Shown here in pieces: positions 37,495-46,243 of a DNA stretch of 64,000 nt (its first letter is position 1; the number at the start of each line of letters is the position of its first letter). Under the pieces are notes generated by a model. The model was not told the origin of the DNA, searched no databases, and worked only from the letters and a program-made list of their open reading frames with translations. Position numbers and translations under genes: made by a program. Origin of the DNA: Nanobdellati archaeon (lineage in GTDB: Archaea; EX4484-52; WAPT01); assembly GCA_015520605.1 (NCBI GenBank), contig WAPT01000001.1, positions 5,428 through 69,427 of the forward strand, in the 5' to 3' direction.

Positions 37495-38684
37495 TGGTGG
37501 CTCTGATCAGTGACTGGTACTACCCCGTAATAGGAGGGGTTGCAAGCCACATGCATGCCCTCGCTTTGAAGCTGAAGGAAAAGGGGCTGGAAGTTGCAAT
37601 AATAACCAACGACTGGAACACCGGGAAGGAGGAGGAACTTGAAGATAATGGCATAAGTCTAGTGAAAATAGGTGGAAAGACAAGCCCAATCGTGAGAGTT
37701 AACCTCTCCGTCATGCTGAATCCCGATCCGCTCTCTAGAGTTCTAAGGGATTTTGACGTGGTGCACGCACATCATGCTTTTGTGCCCCTTTCATTCAAAG
37801 CTATCGGCTGTGCATCCTCGCTGAACCTGCCGACAGTTCTCACAAATCACACCATCTCCTTCATGTACGATTTCAGACTATGGAAGGTGATAGGAGGAAG
37901 GTTATCTATAATTAAGGGTAGCATAAACCGCGCAAACAGGATAATTGCTGTAAGTAGCGCTGCCGCAAAGTTCATAGAGCACTTTCTGGACGAGGAGAAC
38001 AGGGATAAAGTTGAAATCATCCCCAACGGTGTCAATACAGCAAGGTTCACACCACCTTCCCCAGAGGAGAGGGAAAAAATTAAGTCGGAACTCGGCATAG
38101 AGTCCGAAAAGGTTGTGCTCTACCTGAGCAGGATGAGTATAAGAAAGGGTCCTAACATCCTGCTCAAGGCGTTCAGCTCTCTTCTTGATGAGCTTGACAG
38201 CGAGACGAGAAAAACAACCCTTCTCATTATGGCCGGAAGCGGTGAAATGCTCCCTGCACTTAAAGCCCAAGCAAAAATGCTCGGTGTTGAAAAGAACGTC
38301 ATGTTCACCGGAAAGGTTGGTGACGAGCTTGTGCCCAAACTTTTTAAAATCGCGGATATTTTTGTACTGCCTTCGATAACAGCTGAAGCTTTCGGAATGG
38401 TGATACTGGAAGCCATGGCCTCCGGCGTTCCCGTGGTGGCAACCAGAGTTGGAGGGATACCAGAGATCTTAAAGAGATCAAAGTGTGGTGTGCTTGTTGA
38501 GCCTCTCAGCGAGGTGGAACTGACTGTAGCAATGCTAAGACTGCTTGAAAATCCCGATATGGCCGCGAAAATGGGAAAGAAAGGAAGATATGCTGCCGAA
38601 AAATATTACAGCTGGGACGTTATCAGCAAAAAGGTTGTTGATGTGTACAGAGGTGTTGCTACCTCGCATCGCGGGTCAGTTTAA
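37491..38684 (+). CDS. Family 4 (GT-B) glycosyltransferase
   Basis: The N-terminus 'DWYYPVIGGVASHMHALA' is typical. The C-terminal 'EAFGMVILEAMASGVPVVATRVGGIPEI' is the E-x7-E motif. Confidence 0.8.
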   Translation: MMVALISDWYYPVIGGVASHMHALALKLKEKGLEVAIITNDWNTGKEEELEDNGISLVKIGGKTSPIVRVNLSVMLNPDPLSRVLRDFDVVHAHHAFVPLSFKAIGCASSLNLPTVLTNHTISFMYDFRLWKVIGGRLSIIKGSINRANRIIAVSSAAAKFIEHFLDEENRDKVEIIPNGVNTARFTPPSPEEREKIKSELGIESEKVVLYLSRMSIRKGPNILLKAFSSLLDELDSETRKTTLLIMAGSGEMLPALKAQAKMLGVEKNVMFTGKVGDELVPKLFKIADIFVLPSITAEAFGMVILEAMASGVPVVATRVGGIPEILKRSKCGVLVEPLSEVELTVAMLRLLENPDMAAKMGKKGRYAAEKYYSWDVISKKVVDVYRGVATSHRGSV

Positions 38685-38726
38685 ATTTTTAAACATTTTG
38701 GAGATAGATAAAATTTAGGCTTCTGT

Positions 38727-38802
38727 GCCCCCGTAGCTCAGCAGGTAGAGCGCGCGGCTGTTAACCGCGTTGTCCCAGGTTCGAGTCCTGGCGGGGGCGC
38801 CA
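38727..38802 (+). tRNA. tRNA-Asn (anticodon GTT) with encoded 3' CCA
   Basis: Folded manually. Acceptor stem is GCCCCCG/CGGGGGC, D arm GCUC..GAGC, anticodon stem CGCGG/CCGCG with loop CUGUUAA, and T arm CCAGG-UUCGAGU-CCUGG. The discriminator is G, followed by CCA. Confidence 0.9.
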
Positions 38803-38909
38803 TTTTGCTACTTCTAAAAATGATTAAAGAATTGTGCAAATTTTTCGAAAATTATAAACGTCACTTGCCGAAATAATTTCTCGTTAAATAACGAAAAATT
38901 TATATATTT

Positions 38910-39614
38910 ATGTGGAAAAGTAATTGTCTCATGCGCAGAACAAAGATAATATGTACGATAGGTCCGGCATCCCAACACCTCATAGAAGAGTTAAAACAAG
39001 CTGGGATGGATGTTGCAAGGATAAACACTGCATACACCGATGATGTGAATATAGGCTTCAGGGATGTGCTGATTGATGTAAGGCACTGGAGCGTTCTCGA
39101 GAGGCTGGAACTTCCAGAGAATGCCACCATTGCGCTCTCCTTTGTCAGGAGAAGATCATGCTTGGAAAACGCAAGAAAGATTGTTGATCTGCCAATTTGT
39201 GCCAAGATAGAAACAATGGAAGCTATCCAGAACTTGGAGGACATTGTGAAGGAAAGCGACATGATCATGATTGCCAGAGGCGATCTCGGTAAAGAGTTCG
39301 GAATTCATATGGTTCCGATGCTACAGCAGAGAATAATAGAGGTATGCAACCGCTATGACAAGCCATTCATAGTCGCAACGGAAGTACTTAAATCCATGGT
39401 TAATAACGCTGAGCCAACAAGAGCTGAGGCGGTGGATGTTTTCAATGCTGTGAATGCGGGCGCATGGGGGATCATGCTGGCTGAAGAGACTGCAATAGGA
39501 AATTATCCTGTTGAGACGGCGAGATGGCTCGACGTTCTCATAAGAGCTGCCGAAAACCATAGGGAAGGCGGGTGTTTAGCTTTAAGTTTGCCACCGAGAT
39601 CTCCCACAGGATAA
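38910..39614 (+). CDS. Minimal pyruvate-kinase-like TIM-barrel protein lacking the B (lid) and C-terminal domains. The start is probably the Met at 38931.
   Basis: 'TKIICTIGPAS' is the PK N-terminal signature. 'CAKIETMEAI' (K/E), 'MIARGDLG', 'ATEVLKSM' and 'NAVNAGAWGIMLAEETAIGNYP' are also present. The 234-aa length leaves no room for the B or C domains. Confidence 0.55.
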   Translation: MWKSNCLMRRTKIICTIGPASQHLIEELKQAGMDVARINTAYTDDVNIGFRDVLIDVRHWSVLERLELPENATIALSFVRRRSCLENARKIVDLPICAKIETMEAIQNLEDIVKESDMIMIARGDLGKEFGIHMVPMLQQRIIEVCNRYDKPFIVATEVLKSMVNNAEPTRAEAVDVFNAVNAGAWGIMLAEETAIGNYPVETARWLDVLIRAAENHREGGCLALSLPPRSPTG

Positions 39615-39911
39615 CAGGACATTACAAAAAAGACGATTGTGAGCACCCACAAGCCATAGCATGAACGAGATAGCAAAAGTGAAAGGGGATTACTCACGAC
39701 CAATGGTGTTCTAATCAACACAGGTGGATATTTTTGATCGATGATAGGATAATCTGTTATTTTTATACCAGTAAATATTCTTTCTTGGTGAGTGTTGCAT
39801 TAAGCTATAAAACCGTTCACCGTCGTGAGGCGATGCGTCCTTTTTCAACTTACCTCCACGGTGATTTAAATTAAACAAGGTGACATATGCAGTATTCAAT
39901 TGATTGATTCC

Positions 39912-39929
39912 CTATAAATTTAAAAATAA
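39912..39929 (+). promoter_or_regulatory. Candidate TATA box (ctataaatttaaaaataa) for tRNA-Phe
   Basis: This A/T box lies about 23-40 nt upstream of the mature tRNA 5' end. Confidence 0.35.
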
Positions 39930-39951
39930 TCAGAGAAAAAATCATCCTAGC

Positions 39952-40028
39952 GGGGCGGTAGCTCAGCCTGGGAGAGCGCGCGGCTGAAGACCGCGGTGTC
40001 CGGGGTTCGAATCCCCGCCGCCCCACCA
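39952..40028 (+). tRNA. tRNA-Phe (anticodon GAA) with encoded 3' CCA
   Basis: Folded manually. Acceptor stem is GGGGCGG/CCGCCCC, D arm GCUC..GAGC, anticodon stem CGCGG/CCGCG with loop CUGAAGA, and T arm CGGGG-UUCGAAU-CCCCG. The discriminator is A, followed by CCA. Confidence 0.9.
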
Positions 40029-40064
40029 TGACTTTAAAAAATTTCTTTCATTCTCTATATTTCC

Positions 40065-40652
40065 ATGGCCGAGAATAAAAGCAGAAAAGAAAGCAACAAA
40101 ATAATCGCACATGCTGAACTTCTCGGGACGAGAGTGGTTGTGTGGGATGAAGAAGAAGGAAATAAAATTTACAGTGAGAAATACTTTGGGAAGTGGATAG
40201 AGGAAGAAAAGGTTAAGTTTCTTCAATTAATGCTGGAGGAAGCGATGCTCCTGCTTGAAAGGGGTTTCATCGAAATAAAGGAGAGCGGGAAAGTTCTTGA
40301 TGTCCGTGAATTTTACAGGAGATGCTGCGAGATTGATCCGGAACTCCCCTTCAAATACATAGTATATAGGGATCTCAGAAACAGGGGATTCATAGTCAAA
40401 TCTGGCTTTAAGTTTGGTACTCATTTTAGAGTGTATGAGAGAGGTGTGAATCCCTACAAAAGAGGTGAGAAAAGCTCGAGGGAACACACGAAGTACAATG
40501 TTCATGCTGTGCCTGAAAACATAGACTGGAGCCTAGCCGATTTGTCGAGATTCGTTAGGCTTAGCCAGAACATAAGGGCAAAGCCATTGCTCGCAGTTGT
40601 AGATGAAGAGGGAAGCGTAACATATTACATCATAAAGCATGTGAGCCCTTGA
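40065..40652 (+). CDS. endA: tRNA-splicing endonuclease, short alpha4-type subunit
   Basis: The catalytic region is 'YIVYRDLRNRGFIVKSGFKFGTHFRVYE'. The 195-aa size indicates the homotetramer type. Confidence 0.75.
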   Translation: MAENKSRKESNKIIAHAELLGTRVVVWDEEEGNKIYSEKYFGKWIEEEKVKFLQLMLEEAMLLLERGFIEIKESGKVLDVREFYRRCCEIDPELPFKYIVYRDLRNRGFIVKSGFKFGTHFRVYERGVNPYKRGEKSSREHTKYNVHAVPENIDWSLADLSRFVRLSQNIRAKPLLAVVDEEGSVTYYIIKHVSP

Positions 40653-40685
40653 AAAGTTCGTTCATAATCCATTCGTGAGTTAAAC

Positions 40686-41203
40686 TCAAACTTTCTTTTT
40701 GGTTTCTTCCCCGTAAAATTTGTGGTTCAGCTCATTCATAATCTCCAGTTTTGCACCCTCTCCTTTATAAAATTTCAGAAATTTCAATCCTTCTGGTGGA
40801 GATACAGCATCGCCCCTCTCATCATAAATCAGAAGTACGGGAAATTCAAGCTTGTTTATTGCTTCAGCTGAGCTGTACTTCATGCTGTCCTTAATGTAAT
40901 CCTTTGATTGAACGAAATCGTCATACATTAAAGACCTTTCCTCTCAAATTCTTCGAACCACATCCTTGCTCAAAAATCCCTCAGATCGGAAACTCTACCC
41001 GTTCAGTATACCACACCAACCACATGCCTCATTTTTTGAGACGCAAAGAACGACACGTAAAAACCTTGGCTGTGGCCGATAAGCACACGATTCTTCCGTT
41101 GACTTGTGTTGCAAGAGCCATGGAAATCAAATCTTATGACGTTCAAGCCTTTTAGAGATAAAGAATCATGCAGCCGTGACGAGATGATCAATATGATTGT
41201 CAC
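40686..41203 (-). pseudogene. Frameshifted alpha/beta-hydrolase (esterase/lipase-like) gene remnant
   Basis: The N-terminal fragment (41003-41203) has the nucleophile elbow 'LIGHSQG'. The C-terminal fragment (40686-40928) is in another frame and has 'PVLLIYDERGDAV...NHKF', the Asp and His of a catalytic triad. The fragments are separated by about 75 nt. Confidence 0.4.
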
Positions 41204-41206
41204 GGT

Positions 41207-42796
41207 TTATCGATCTCTACCTTTCAGCTCTTCAAAACTTATCTCTCCCTCAATCAGCTTTTCCAAAATGTCTGTAAGCTCATCAATTTTAACGCGCACC
41301 TGCTCTCTCGTATCCCTGTCCCTGATTGTCACAGTGTTATTCTGCAGCGTATCATAGTCGATGGTCACACAGTATGGTGTGCCTATCTCATCCTGCCTTG
41401 CGTATCTTCGCCCTATACTTCCCTTTTCATCATAGAAAGCCACGAACTTCCTCTTCAGCATTCTATATACTTCCCTTGCCTTCTCCGGCAAACCATCTTT
41501 AGTCACGAGGGGGAACACCGCCACCTTGTAGGGTGCAAGTTTAGGATGAAGCTTCAGCACAACCCTTCCATCTTCCTCTTCATGATACGCATCTATTATG
41601 AAAACGAGGAATGCTCTATCAACCCCCTGTGATGGCTCAACAACAACATACGGGATAACTTTCTTTTTGCTTTCCTCATCAAAGTAGGTCAGATCCTTTC
41701 CGCTGAACTTCATATGTTGTTCGAGGTCGAAAGTCGTTCTGTTAGCCATACCGTGTATCTCCTTCCATCCAAATGGAAAATGGTATTCTATATCCCAGGT
41801 GTCAAGGGCGTAATGACTCCTTTCTTCGGGTAAGTGCTGCCTTATCCTTAACTTTTCTGGATTAACACCCAGATCTATAAACCACTTGCACATCTCGTAA
41901 AGCCAGTAGACATGCCACTTCGTTTTGATTATCCCCTTCTCAAGCGCTTCCCTAAGCTTCATTTTTCTGTGCTGCTCACCCATTTTTTGCATTTCAGCGG
42001 AGAGCACGTTCATCTCAAAGTCAAGGATCTCGTCTGTCAGATAGGGGCATTCATTTATTTTATCGGGATGTACAAAGTATTCTATCTCCATCTGCTCAAA
42101 CTCCCTCATCCTAAATAGAAAGTTTCTTGGGCTTATCTCGTTTCTGTAAGCTCTACCGATCTGCGCTATACCAAATGGGAGCTTCACCCTCGTGGTTTCA
42201 AGGATCAGCTTGAAGTTAACGAATATAAGCTGGGCTGTCTCCGGTCTCAAATACGCTATGCTGCGCTCATCCTCAGTCGGCCCGACAAAGGTCTTGAACA
42301 TGAGGTTGAAGGTTCTTGCCTGAGTCAATTCACCACCACATTTCGGGCACTTTAAGTTGTGTTCTTTGATCAGCTGGTTTATCCTCTCAAGGCTTATGCC
42401 ATCAACCGCAATTCCGAGAGCATCCTCAATCAAGTGGTCTGCCCTGTGCCTCGTGTGGCATTTTTTGCACTCAACAAGAGGATCAACGAAACATTCGACG
42501 TGGCCCGAAGCTCTCCACACCATTGGATGGTTGATGGTGCACGCATCCATCCCAACGACGTCGTCACGCTGCCTAACAAATCTGTTCCACCACTCATCCT
42601 TTATGTTCTTTTTAAGTTCCGCTCCAAGCGGGCCGTAGTCGTAAAAACCAGCAAACCCTCCATAGATCTCACAGGAGGGATAAACAAAACCCTTCCTCTT
42701 GCAGAAGGTTGCTATCTTCTGTATAAATGATTTCATCTCTTTTTCGTTGACGTCCGGCATGTTTCTCCTCCCTGATTCTCTACGAGGATTCATCAT
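41207..42796 (-). CDS. glyS: Glycyl-tRNA synthetase (archaeal/eukaryotic class II type). The start is possibly an internal Met at 42760 or 42736.
   Basis: 'FVYPSCEIYGGFAGFYDYGPLG' and the 'FRMREFEQMEIEYF' motif 2 region are present. The anticodon-binding C-terminus and the 529-aa size fit. Confidence 0.9.
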   Translation of the reverse strand: MMNPRRESGRRNMPDVNEKEMKSFIQKIATFCKRKGFVYPSCEIYGGFAGFYDYGPLGAELKKNIKDEWWNRFVRQRDDVVGMDACTINHPMVWRASGHVECFVDPLVECKKCHTRHRADHLIEDALGIAVDGISLERINQLIKEHNLKCPKCGGELTQARTFNLMFKTFVGPTEDERSIAYLRPETAQLIFVNFKLILETTRVKLPFGIAQIGRAYRNEISPRNFLFRMREFEQMEIEYFVHPDKINECPYLTDEILDFEMNVLSAEMQKMGEQHRKMKLREALEKGIIKTKWHVYWLYEMCKWFIDLGVNPEKLRIRQHLPEERSHYALDTWDIEYHFPFGWKEIHGMANRTTFDLEQHMKFSGKDLTYFDEESKKKVIPYVVVEPSQGVDRAFLVFIIDAYHEEEDGRVVLKLHPKLAPYKVAVFPLVTKDGLPEKAREVYRMLKRKFVAFYDEKGSIGRRYARQDEIGTPYCVTIDYDTLQNNTVTIRDRDTREQVRVKIDELTDILEKLIEGEISFEELKGRDR

Positions 42797-42855
42797 ATTG
42801 AATATCTTTAAATTTAAAAAACTGCAAATAATTATCGGGAAATGCCTGGAGGAGC

Positions 42856-43584
42856 GTGTTGATCATGCAGTACAGGATAATCTCGAAACCGTCATACAGT
42901 CTTGTCGAATTATATCTGAATGGCGGGGAGGAGGTTATAGCGGAAGCCGGGGCTATGGCATACATGAAGAACGTGGATATAATAACAGAGACAAGAGGGA
43001 TCGGTGGTGCTTTAAAGAGGAGTCTGCTCGGTGGGGAGAGCTTCTTTCTGAACAGATTCAGGTGTAATGATTCCACAGGACTTGTTGGGCTCGCTCCGCG
43101 CTTCCCAGGGGATGTTGAGATCGTTGAGATGAACAACAGCACGCTCTACGTTCAGAGCGGCTCCTTTCTTGCTGGGGCGCCAACGATCAACATCGACACA
43201 AAATGGAGCGGAGCGAAAGGGTTCTTCAGCGGGGAGGGGATTTTCCTTCTGAAGATCACCGGGAATGGAGGGATTTTTCTATCATCTTTTGGCGGGATAG
43301 AGAGGATCGATCTGCAGGGAGATGAAATAACGGTTGACACGGGGCACATAGTCGCCTTTACGGACGGGTTGGAGTGGAGTGTTGGAAAAGCTGGAAATCT
43401 CAAATCTTTCCTCTTTAGCGGGGAGGGACTTGTGGCAAGGTTCAGGGGGGTGGGCAGCATCTGGATTCAGACAAGAACATTAGATTCCTTCCTTGAGTAC
43501 ATTGCCACGCGCATCCATAAAGACAGCGGCAAATCCGCGATCGCCCTCGGATTGCTCGGGGGAATCCTCAAGGCAAGGGAATGA
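42856..43584 (+). CDS. AIM24/DUF124 family protein
   Basis: Repeated beta-strand Gly-rich segments ('GEGIFLLKITGNGGIFLSSFGGI', 'FSGEGLVARFRGVGSIWIQT') and the 242-aa size fit this family. Confidence 0.6.
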   Translation: MLIMQYRIISKPSYSLVELYLNGGEEVIAEAGAMAYMKNVDIITETRGIGGALKRSLLGGESFFLNRFRCNDSTGLVGLAPRFPGDVEIVEMNNSTLYVQSGSFLAGAPTINIDTKWSGAKGFFSGEGIFLLKITGNGGIFLSSFGGIERIDLQGDEITVDTGHIVAFTDGLEWSVGKAGNLKSFLFSGEGLVARFRGVGSIWIQTRTLDSFLEYIATRIHKDSGKSAIALGLLGGILKARE

Positions 43585-43648
43585 TAACAATTTAAAAACG
43601 TGCCAGACTTATCTTTCAGAGTAATGAGTCCAATTGTGGTGCTGCTGA

Positions 43649-44746
43649 ATGGTGAAGCTTGATCCCTGGGGGTCAGCGCAGATAGAAAGCTATGAAAGGC
43701 TGATGAGAGAGTTCGGCATACTGCCGTTCAGCGATGTGTTAAATAAAGTTGTTGACCCACATCCTTATATGAGAAGGGGCATAATTTACGGTCACAGAGA
43801 TTTTGAAAGGATTCTCGATGCCATGAAAAAAGGTAAAGGCTATGCGATGATGACGGGATTCATGCCTTCTGGCAAGCCCCACCTTGGACATAAAATGGTG
43901 ATGAACCAGATAGTGTGGTACCAGAAGCGCAAAGCCATACTTTATGTTTGTGTGGCGGACATAGAAGCGTACACGGTAAGGAGGATTGACAGGAACAAGT
44001 GTGTTAACTTCGGCCTCGAATATCTGTCTTATCTTGTGGCAAGCGGGCTTGAGCTTGATGATAACACTGTCATTTACTTCCAGAGCGCGAAAAATGCTGG
44101 CTATCACGCCTTCAGCAAGCTTGCCGCAAGAAAGGTGACGTTCAACGAGCTTGAAGCGATATACGGAACGCTAACTCCGGGCAAGATAGTCTCAGCACTG
44201 ACTCAAGTTGCTGATATCCTACTTCCACAGCTTGAGCATGGACCGATACCCACTGTCGTGCCCGTAGGTTCGGATCAGGATCCGCACATAAGGCTCACAA
44301 GGGACATAGCATCCCGCTTTAAAGCCGAATACCGGTTCATCTTACCATCATCCACCTACCACAAGTTCCAGACAGGACTTGATGGAGGGAAGATGAGCTC
44401 CTCAAAGCCATCATCTTACATAGCTCTAAATGAGCGTGAGGAGGAGATAAGGAAGAAAATTATGAATGCTTTTACCGGAGGGAGAGTAACGCTTGAGGAG
44501 CAAAAAAGGCTTGGGGGTAATCCCGAAATCTGCACAGTCTTCGAGCTCTTTGCCTACCACCTTGAAATGGACGATAAGGCCTTAGAGGAAATCTACAGGT
44601 CATGTAAAGAAGGCAGGAGGCTCTGTGGCCCGTGTAAAAAAGAATGTATAGAAAAGCTCGTTGAGATGCTCCACACTCTCAATGAGAAAAAGGAAGAAGC
44701 GATGGAAAGAGTAAAGGAATTTGTGGTGCTGCCCGATGGAGCTTGA
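43649..44746 (+). CDS. trpS: Tryptophanyl-tRNA synthetase (class I). The archaeal tyrosyl enzyme is the less likely alternative.
   Basis: The HIGH-type motif is 'GKPHLGHKM' and the KMSKS-type motif is 'KMSSSKP'. The 365-aa size fits. Confidence 0.7.
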   Translation: MVKLDPWGSAQIESYERLMREFGILPFSDVLNKVVDPHPYMRRGIIYGHRDFERILDAMKKGKGYAMMTGFMPSGKPHLGHKMVMNQIVWYQKRKAILYVCVADIEAYTVRRIDRNKCVNFGLEYLSYLVASGLELDDNTVIYFQSAKNAGYHAFSKLAARKVTFNELEAIYGTLTPGKIVSALTQVADILLPQLEHGPIPTVVPVGSDQDPHIRLTRDIASRFKAEYRFILPSSTYHKFQTGLDGGKMSSSKPSSYIALNEREEEIRKKIMNAFTGGRVTLEEQKRLGGNPEICTVFELFAYHLEMDDKALEEIYRSCKEGRRLCGPCKKECIEKLVEMLHTLNEKKEEAMERVKEFVVLPDGA

Positions 44747-46223
44747 GAGAAATGAAGCGCTGGTGTTGAAGGCTATAGTGGATGGACATGAATACAGTCT
44801 TGGAGAGCTTGTTGAAAAGACTCGCCTCGCTTTGCCTGCTGTGGTTAAAGCTATTGAGGGTCTGAAAAAGTATGGACTTGTGAGCGTAAGGGAAGAAAAA
44901 AGTTCTGAGTATAGTCTCACAAATGAGGGAGAACTCTCCTTGAGGGAGGGACTCGTTGAAAGAAAACTCGTTAGGGAGCTTATTGACGCTGGAGGTAACA
45001 AAAAGGTGGAAGATATTGAAACCCAACCAAAGGAAGTGGCGATTGGATGGGCAATAAGGAAGGGGTGGGTGAGAATTGAAGGTGAGGGAAAAGAGAAAAG
45101 TGTTGTTCTCACCGACAAAGGCAAGGAGCATGCCGAAACTCCGGACGAGATGGAGCTTGCACTTGAAAAAATAAGGAAAGGTGAGGATGTTGACAGAAAA
45201 ATCTTGGAAATGCTTAGAAAAAGAGGGCTTATAGAGCTGGAGGAAAAAGTGGAGAGGTTCGTCAGGATAACAGGGAGGGGTGCGGAAAAAGCGAGGGAAA
45301 TAAAGGAAATTAAGGAAGAGATCACCGCTTTAACTCCCGAAATAATAAGGACAGGTAAGTGGAAGCACGCTGAAATAAAGAGGTATGATGTTAAGGATCC
45401 TGTTCGTGAAATTTATCCTGCCAAAAAGCAACCTTACAGGGCTTTTCTTGATGAGGTAAAAAGAAAGCTTGTATCGATGGGTTTCAAGGAGATGGAAGGT
45501 CCCCTCATAGAGCTTGAATTCTGGAATTTCGATGCGCTTTTCCAGCCCCAAAATCACCCAGCAAGAACGTGGACTGATACATACAGGCTGAAATATCCCA
45601 GCCACGGTAGGCTTCCATCCAAGAAACTGGTGGAGAGGGTCAAAAAAACTCATGAAAATGGCTGGAAGACTGGCTCGAAAGGGTGGGGATACAAATGGAG
45701 TGAGGAAATAGCGAGCAGGCTGATGCCGAGAGCACAAGGTACAGCGCTTTCTGCAAGAACTCTCGCCTCTCTTCCGGAGATTCCCGGCAAGTATTTTGCG
45801 ATAGCGAGGTGTTACAGACCGGATAAGCTTGATGCCACCCATCTAATTGAGTTCAATCAGGTGGAAGGGATAGTTATAGGGAAGGGTCTGAACTTCAGGC
45901 ACATTCTTGGCATCCTGAAGAAGTTTGCTGTGGAGGTGGCAAGAGCTGAAGACGTGAGATTTTATCCCGATTATTACCCCTTCACCGAGCCATCCGTTCA
46001 GCTCTCAGCCAAGCATCCTGAGCTAGGCTGGGTTGAGCTGGGAGGAGCGGGGATCTTCAGGGAGGAGGTCACAAAGCCTCTCGGAATCGATGTGCCGGTA
46101 ATCGCCTGTGGGTTGGGCATTGACAGGCTCGCAATGTTCAAACTTGGCATAAGAGATATAAGGTATCTTTTCAGCTACGACCTCAAATGGATAAGAAAGC
46201 ACAGCTCGATCATAACCCTTTGA
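44736..46223 (+). CDS. pheS: Phenylalanyl-tRNA synthetase alpha subunit. The start is set at the Met 15 nt inside the listed ORF.
   Basis: N-terminal wH repeats are followed by a class II core with 'FQPQNHPAR', 'RCYRPDKLDATH' and 'GAGIFREEV'. It overlaps the 3' end of trpS. Confidence 0.9.
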   Translation: MELERNEALVLKAIVDGHEYSLGELVEKTRLALPAVVKAIEGLKKYGLVSVREEKSSEYSLTNEGELSLREGLVERKLVRELIDAGGNKKVEDIETQPKEVAIGWAIRKGWVRIEGEGKEKSVVLTDKGKEHAETPDEMELALEKIRKGEDVDRKILEMLRKRGLIELEEKVERFVRITGRGAEKAREIKEIKEEITALTPEIIRTGKWKHAEIKRYDVKDPVREIYPAKKQPYRAFLDEVKRKLVSMGFKEMEGPLIELEFWNFDALFQPQNHPARTWTDTYRLKYPSHGRLPSKKLVERVKKTHENGWKTGSKGWGYKWSEEIASRLMPRAQGTALSARTLASLPEIPGKYFAIARCYRPDKLDATHLIEFNQVEGIVIGKGLNFRHILGILKKFAVEVARAEDVRFYPDYYPFTEPSVQLSAKHPELGWVELGGAGIFREEVTKPLGIDVPVIACGLGIDRLAMFKLGIRDIRYLFSYDLKWIRKHSSIITL

Positions 46224-46243
46224 GCTTGAAGGGTGGTTGGTTT

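Noticed and set aside
44600-45325. 241-aa and 150-aa minus-strand ORFs inside pheS, and a 170-aa ORF at 45330-45842
   Set aside because: All are antisense to the PheS coding sequence, Ser/Leu/Phe-rich and free of motifs.
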